Source of the DNA: Tubiluchus corallicola
Lineage: Eukaryota > Animalia > Priapulida
DNA: 64,000 bases
Direction: 5' to 3'
NCBI GenBank assembly: GCA_030141605.1
Contig: JAQGDQ010000224.1
Coordinates: 299,838-363,837, forward strand
Of this stretch, positions 59,092-64,000 are shown in pieces. How positions within the stretch are numbered: position 1 is the stretch's first letter; each line of letters opens with the position of its first letter. A model generated the notes under the pieces. It was given only the letters and a program-made list of their open reading frames with translations. It made no database searches and had not been told where the DNA came from. Both the position numbers and the translations under genes were made by a program.

Positions 59092-61725
59092 GCTATATGC
59101 TACGCTGGGTCGTAGACCCTGACTAGACATCAGGTGTTTGAATGTTCGATACTCACCCCTACTATATGCTACACTGGGTCGTAGACCCTGACTAGACGTC
59201 ACGTGTTTGAACGTTCGATTCTCACCCCTACTATACGCTCCGCTGGGTCGTAGACACTGACTAGACGTCAGGTGTTTGAATGTTCAATGCTCACCCCTAC
59301 TATATGCTCCGCTGGGTCGTAGATTCTGACTAGACGTCAGGTGTTGGAACATTCGATGCTCACCCCTACTATACACTCCGCTGGGTCGTAGACCCTGACT
59401 AGACGTCAGGTGTTGGAACATTCGATGCTCACCCCTACTATACACTCCGCTGGGTCGTAGACCCTGACTAGACGTCAGGTGTTTGAACATTCGATGCTCA
59501 CCCCTACTATACACTCCGCTGGGTCGTAGACCCTGACTAGACGTCACGTGTTGGAACATTCGATGCTCACCCCTACTATACACTCCGCTGGGTCGTAGAC
59601 CCTGACTAGACGTCACGTGTTTGAACATTCGATGCTCATCCCTACTATATGCTCCACTGCGTCGTAGACACTGACTAGACGTCAGGTGTTGGAACATTCG
59701 ATGCTCACCCCTACTATATGCTCCGCTGGGTCGTAGATTCTGACTAGACGTCAGGTGTTGGTACATTCGATGCTCACCCCTACTATATGCTCCGCTGGGT
59801 CGTAGACACTGACTAGACGTCAGGTGTTGGAACGTTCGATGCTCACTCCTACTATACGCTCTGCTGGGTCGTAGACACTGACTAGACGTCAGGTGTTGGA
59901 ACATTCGATGCTCACCCCTACTATACACTCCGCTGCGTCGTAGACCCTGACTAGACGTCAGGTGTTTGAACATTCGATGCTCATCCCTACTATATGCTCC
60001 GCTGGGTCGTAGACCCTGACTAGACGTCACGTGTTGGAACATTCGATGCTCACCCCTACTATATGCTCCGCTGGGTCGTAGATTCTGACTAGACGTCAGG
60101 TGTTGGTACATTCGATGCTCACCCCTACTATATGCTCCGCTGGGTCGTAGATTCTGACTAGACGTCAGGTGTTGGAACATTCGATGCTCACTCCTACTAT
60201 ACGCTCTGCTGGGTCGTAGACACTGACTAGACGTCAGGTGTTGGAACGTTCGATGCTCACCCCTACTATATGCTCCGCTGGGTCGTAGACACTGACTAGA
60301 CGTCAGGTGTTGGGTTGTGTTTTTGTGTGGGTGTGTGTGGTGGTGTTGGGTTCGATGCTCACCCCTACTATATGCTCCGCTGGGTCGTAGATTCTGACTA
60401 GACGTCAGGTGTTGGTACATTCGATGCTCACCCCTACTATATGCTCCGCTGGGTCGTAGATTCTGACTAGACGTCAGGTGTTGGAACATTCGATGCTCAC
60501 TCCTACTATATGCTCCGCTGGGTCGTAGATTCTGACTAGACGTCAGGTGTTGGAACATTCGATGCTCACTCCTACTATACGCTCCGCTGGGTCGTAGACA
60601 CTGACTAGACGTCACGTGTTGGAACATTCGATGCTCACCCCTACTATATGCTCCGCTGGGTCGTAGATTCTGACTAGACGTCAGGTGTTGGAACATTCGA
60701 TGCTCACTCCTACTATATGCTCCGCTGGGTCGTAGATTCTGACTAGACGCCAGGTGTTGGAACATTCGATGCTCACTCCTACTATATGCTCCGCTGGGTC
60801 GTAGACACTGACTAGACGTCAGGTGTTTGAACATTCGATGCTCACCCCTACTATATGCTCCGCTGGGTCGTAGACCCTGACTAGGCGTAAGGTGTTTGAA
60901 CATTCGATGCTCACCCCTACTATACACTCCCCTGGGTCGCTAACACTGACTAGACGTCAGGTGTTGGAACATTCGATGCTCACCCCTACTATATGCTCCG
61001 CTGCGTCGTAGACCCTGACTAGACGTCAGGTGTTTGAACATTCGATGCTCACCCCTACTATATGCTCCGCTGGGTCGTAGATTCTGACTAGACGTCAGGT
61101 GTTGGAATGTTCGATGCTCACCCCTACTATATGCTCCGCTGGGTCGTAGATTCTGACTAGACGTCACGTGTTTGAACATTCGATGCTCATCCCTACTATA
61201 CGCTCTGCTGGGTCGTAGACTCTGACTAGACATCAGGTGTTTGAACATTCGATGCTCACCCCTACTATATGCTCCCCTGGGTCGCTAACACTGACTAGAC
61301 GTCAGGTGTTTGAACGTTCGATGCTCATCCCTACTGTACGCTCCCCTGGGTTGTAGACTCTGACTAGACGTCAGGTGTTTGAATGTTCGATACTCATCCC
61401 TACTATACGCTCTGCTGGGTCGTAGACACTGACTAGACGTCACGTGTTTGAACATTCGATGCTCACTCCTACTATACGCTCCGCTGGGTCGTAGACACTG
61501 ACTAGACGTCACGTGTTTGAACATTCGATGCTCACTCCTACTATACGCTCCGCTGGGTCGTAGACACTGACTAGACGTCACGTGTTCGAACGTTCGATGC
61601 TCACCCCTACTATACACTCCGCTGGCTCGTAGACACTGACTAGACGTCACGTGTTCGAACGTTCGATGCTCACCCCTACTATACGCTCCGCTGGCTCGTA
61701 GACACTGACTAGACGTCACGTGTTG
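59092..61725. repeat. 69-bp CpG-rich satellite (~38 copies) containing the hAT-MITE terminus
   Basis: Unit cacccctactatatgctccgctgggtcgtagattctgactagacgtcaggtgttggaacattcgatgct. Confidence 0.95.
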
Positions 61726-62290
61726 TATAAAATAATGCACGTTATCATGTTTTGATTGTTTGCAGGCTGTACTGTACATCGTACATTCGCAATAATAAAG
61801 GATTGATAGCTATGGTATTATTTACACACAGTCTTAATAGCAAATGACAAAAAAATGGTTCCTTTTTGCCACGAGAAATATATTATTTGCTTGTTTTCTA
61901 AGAATCATGTAAGCAAATTCTAGCAAGAAATTTGTAGTTATGATTTAACTTTTTTTTACATACAAATGATTAGTAGAGAAGTAGGCCTACAGTCTATTGC
62001 ATAGTTGAGTGCAACACACGTTAATGTAAACAAAACAAAACATTCTTCATTTTGAGTGAATCATTACTTCACAAATGATTAATTTAATAATTTTCTTTTA
62101 ATTAGTTAACCTTGATGATAATTGTGAACTATAATCTGTGCACACTTGTCTAATTTTTTTGTGATTAGCCATCAGTTTTTAATGCGAAACTCATTCTAAC
62201 ATCTATTCTTTCCCGCCCTAAAGTGGGACGGTACAAAGATGCTCGACTGCATTTGTAACAAATTGATTTGATGCTCGACATTGTCCCGAC

Positions 62291-62304
62291 GTTGCCATGG
62301 CAAC
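62291..62304. promoter_or_regulatory. Perfect palindromic RFX X-box (GTTGCCATGGCAAC)
   Basis: Exact match to the canonical X-box palindrome; function not shown. Confidence 0.45.
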
Positions 62305-63772
62305 AGCCGCCTCACTTCTCTTGTTTTCAAGAAAATGTTATATGATGTAAAGGAACAGATGAATGCAAAGATGCATTATCAGCATCACTTCCAGTATTAT
62401 CACCAATGAAATTCATAGTTGGTGCATCTGGCCACTAGAACAAAATTGAGAAACACACCTTCAAAAAATCATATAACGGAAAAGTAAAAAAACAAAAACA
62501 GTCTGCACTGCGGGGCTCATTAAAATAAATTAATGGTAAAAGTACAGCCAGCTGCCCTAGCAGCATAGTTCTAAGTACTGTTACACATTCTTATAGGTAC
62601 AAACTACTTCATCCAAATATGATTTTTCAATCAATATTTATGGCCGTCACCCGGTGACAGGCTGGTTAACGTTATAACTGATTTAGCACAAAATCTACAT
62701 GCCATTTCAAATTGACTACATAATGCTAATTAAAAATAGTATTCTTTTTGTTAAATTACCGAATGTGTAGTTTGAACTAATGAATAAAAGTAAATTCTAC
62801 AGTTTTAACGAATGTGCAGGATATAGCACATTGATAATAACCTCGACAGTAAATCAATAAATCACACTACAGCGATAAAGAGAACAAATGTTAAAAACAA
62901 ACACAATACTCGAAGAACATTACAAGAATTTCGAAAAAACATAATTCAAATAACATTTCACGTGCTATAACCAAAAATGTTACAATACATATTTGTCAGG
63001 CATAAGTGATTAAATTTAAAAGGCTCAATTTTTTGCATCTGCAAGGAAGAAAATGCTAACAAAGAGAAATAAGATATATCAAGGTGTTGCATAATCATCA
63101 AGTATGTTATACACTGCAATTACAGCAATGCAGTGAAAAACCGCTGTAATTAATGCTGGTTCAACTGCATTGTTTTCATGATTTATTAACAATACCATGT
63201 CTAATAAAGTAAAAGTGTGCAAAGATTCATAAAAAGTAAAAAGTTTACTGATATATTGTTTAGAGAGCAAAATAAATTTTCTTATAGTAGTCACAGCACA
63301 CAACACGTTTTACTTACACAATGCTTGTGGTTACTACATTTAAAGAACAAATCTGCATAAGATTATGGTTTATGCAAGCAAAAGTAGGCTGAACACATTT
63401 TAACCTCTGTTACTAAATCAAAACTATTGTTCAAAACAAACCAAATCGATCAATCAAATAAGCAGCCACTGAGAAGAATTTGATATTACAAAAAATCACA
63501 TTTAACCAAATAAAGCAAATAGTACAGTACCTGATCTGTGAAATGCTTATACTACAATCTTTTTCGTATCATTTTATGACTCTTCTGTTGGACACAAGAA
63601 ATGGTTATATTTACTTACGAATATATTATTCATCACATGTGTTAATGATTAGTAGCCATTATTCTTTCAAAGTTAACGAGAATTAGGCATTTCTTTACTG
63701 TACATTGTTAATGCATGGCATGTAGAACAACAAGCAAGAATGTGCAATGCTATTTTATATCAACCAACATAC

Positions 63773-63918
63773 CTGATTTAACTTCTTAAACTCAACAAGC
63801 TGTGACATCACAAACTCTAAAATGTGTTTAGCTGTTCGCTTGTCTTGCGGTAAGCTGCTCATAATGTCCAATATTTCTCCGCATTCTCTGGCATAGTATT
63901 CAATATCATTATCAGAAC
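63773..63918 (-). CDS. Probable exon of an unidentified minus-strand gene entering from beyond the window
   Basis: Acceptor ttttatatag, donor cag|gtatgt, and open frame SDNDIEYYARECGEILDIMSSLPQDKRTAKHILEFVMSQLVEFKKLNQ. Confidence 0.45.
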
Positions 63919-64000
63919 CTATATAAAAATAGATTAGTTTGACAATCAGTTGATGCAATTTTAGCACAATCTAAAATAATGATAAATATAATGGTAAAAA

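Noticed and set aside
60310-60350. GT-rich interruption within the 69-bp satellite
   Set aside because: Low-complexity patch that looks like a sequencing/consensus artefact or a local slippage event. It cannot be interpreted without reads.
59284-61779. Long minus-strand ORFs (547, 102 and 164 aa) with 23-aa repeats; also CRISPR-like appearance
   Set aside because: These are a by-product of a 69-bp (multiple of 3) satellite. There are no unique spacers, no cas genes, and the context is a eukaryotic intron.
63039-63620. Additional minus-strand splice-like signals
   Set aside because: Candidate exons contain stops or imply implausibly short introns, so no coherent model could be built.

Overview
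AT-rich, repeat-dense animal genomic DNA, probably from an invertebrate with TTAGGG-type repeats. Two spliced host genes lie on the + strand. The first is a complete 8-exon lariat debranching enzyme gene, DBR1 (CDS 12767-31439, 510 aa reconstructed by hand with phase-consistent GT-AG junctions). The second is the 5' part of a multi-PLAT (LOXHD1-like) gene (13 coding exons, 36452-58775, continuing beyond the window). The first 12 kb is a nest of non-LTR retrotransposons. It includes a minus-strand two-ORF LINE: ORF1 has a zinc finger, a coiled coil and an SGNH esterase, and ORF2 has a ~290-aa hydrophobic leader, a 2A/StopGo-like motif (GIETNPGP) and an APE endonuclease leading towards RT. DBR1 intron 1 holds an intronless ankyrin + SOCS-box gene broken by one frameshift. 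Other notable items: three copies of a 5S-rRNA-headed SINE with an RTE-like body, tRNA-derived SINEs and several MITE families. Also present are an inverted copy of the DBR1 stop codon/3'UTR in an intron of the neighbouring gene, an inverted-repeat-bounded telomere-like array, and minisatellites built from a transposon end or from exon/intron junctions. All calls come from reading the sequence; no searches were run.
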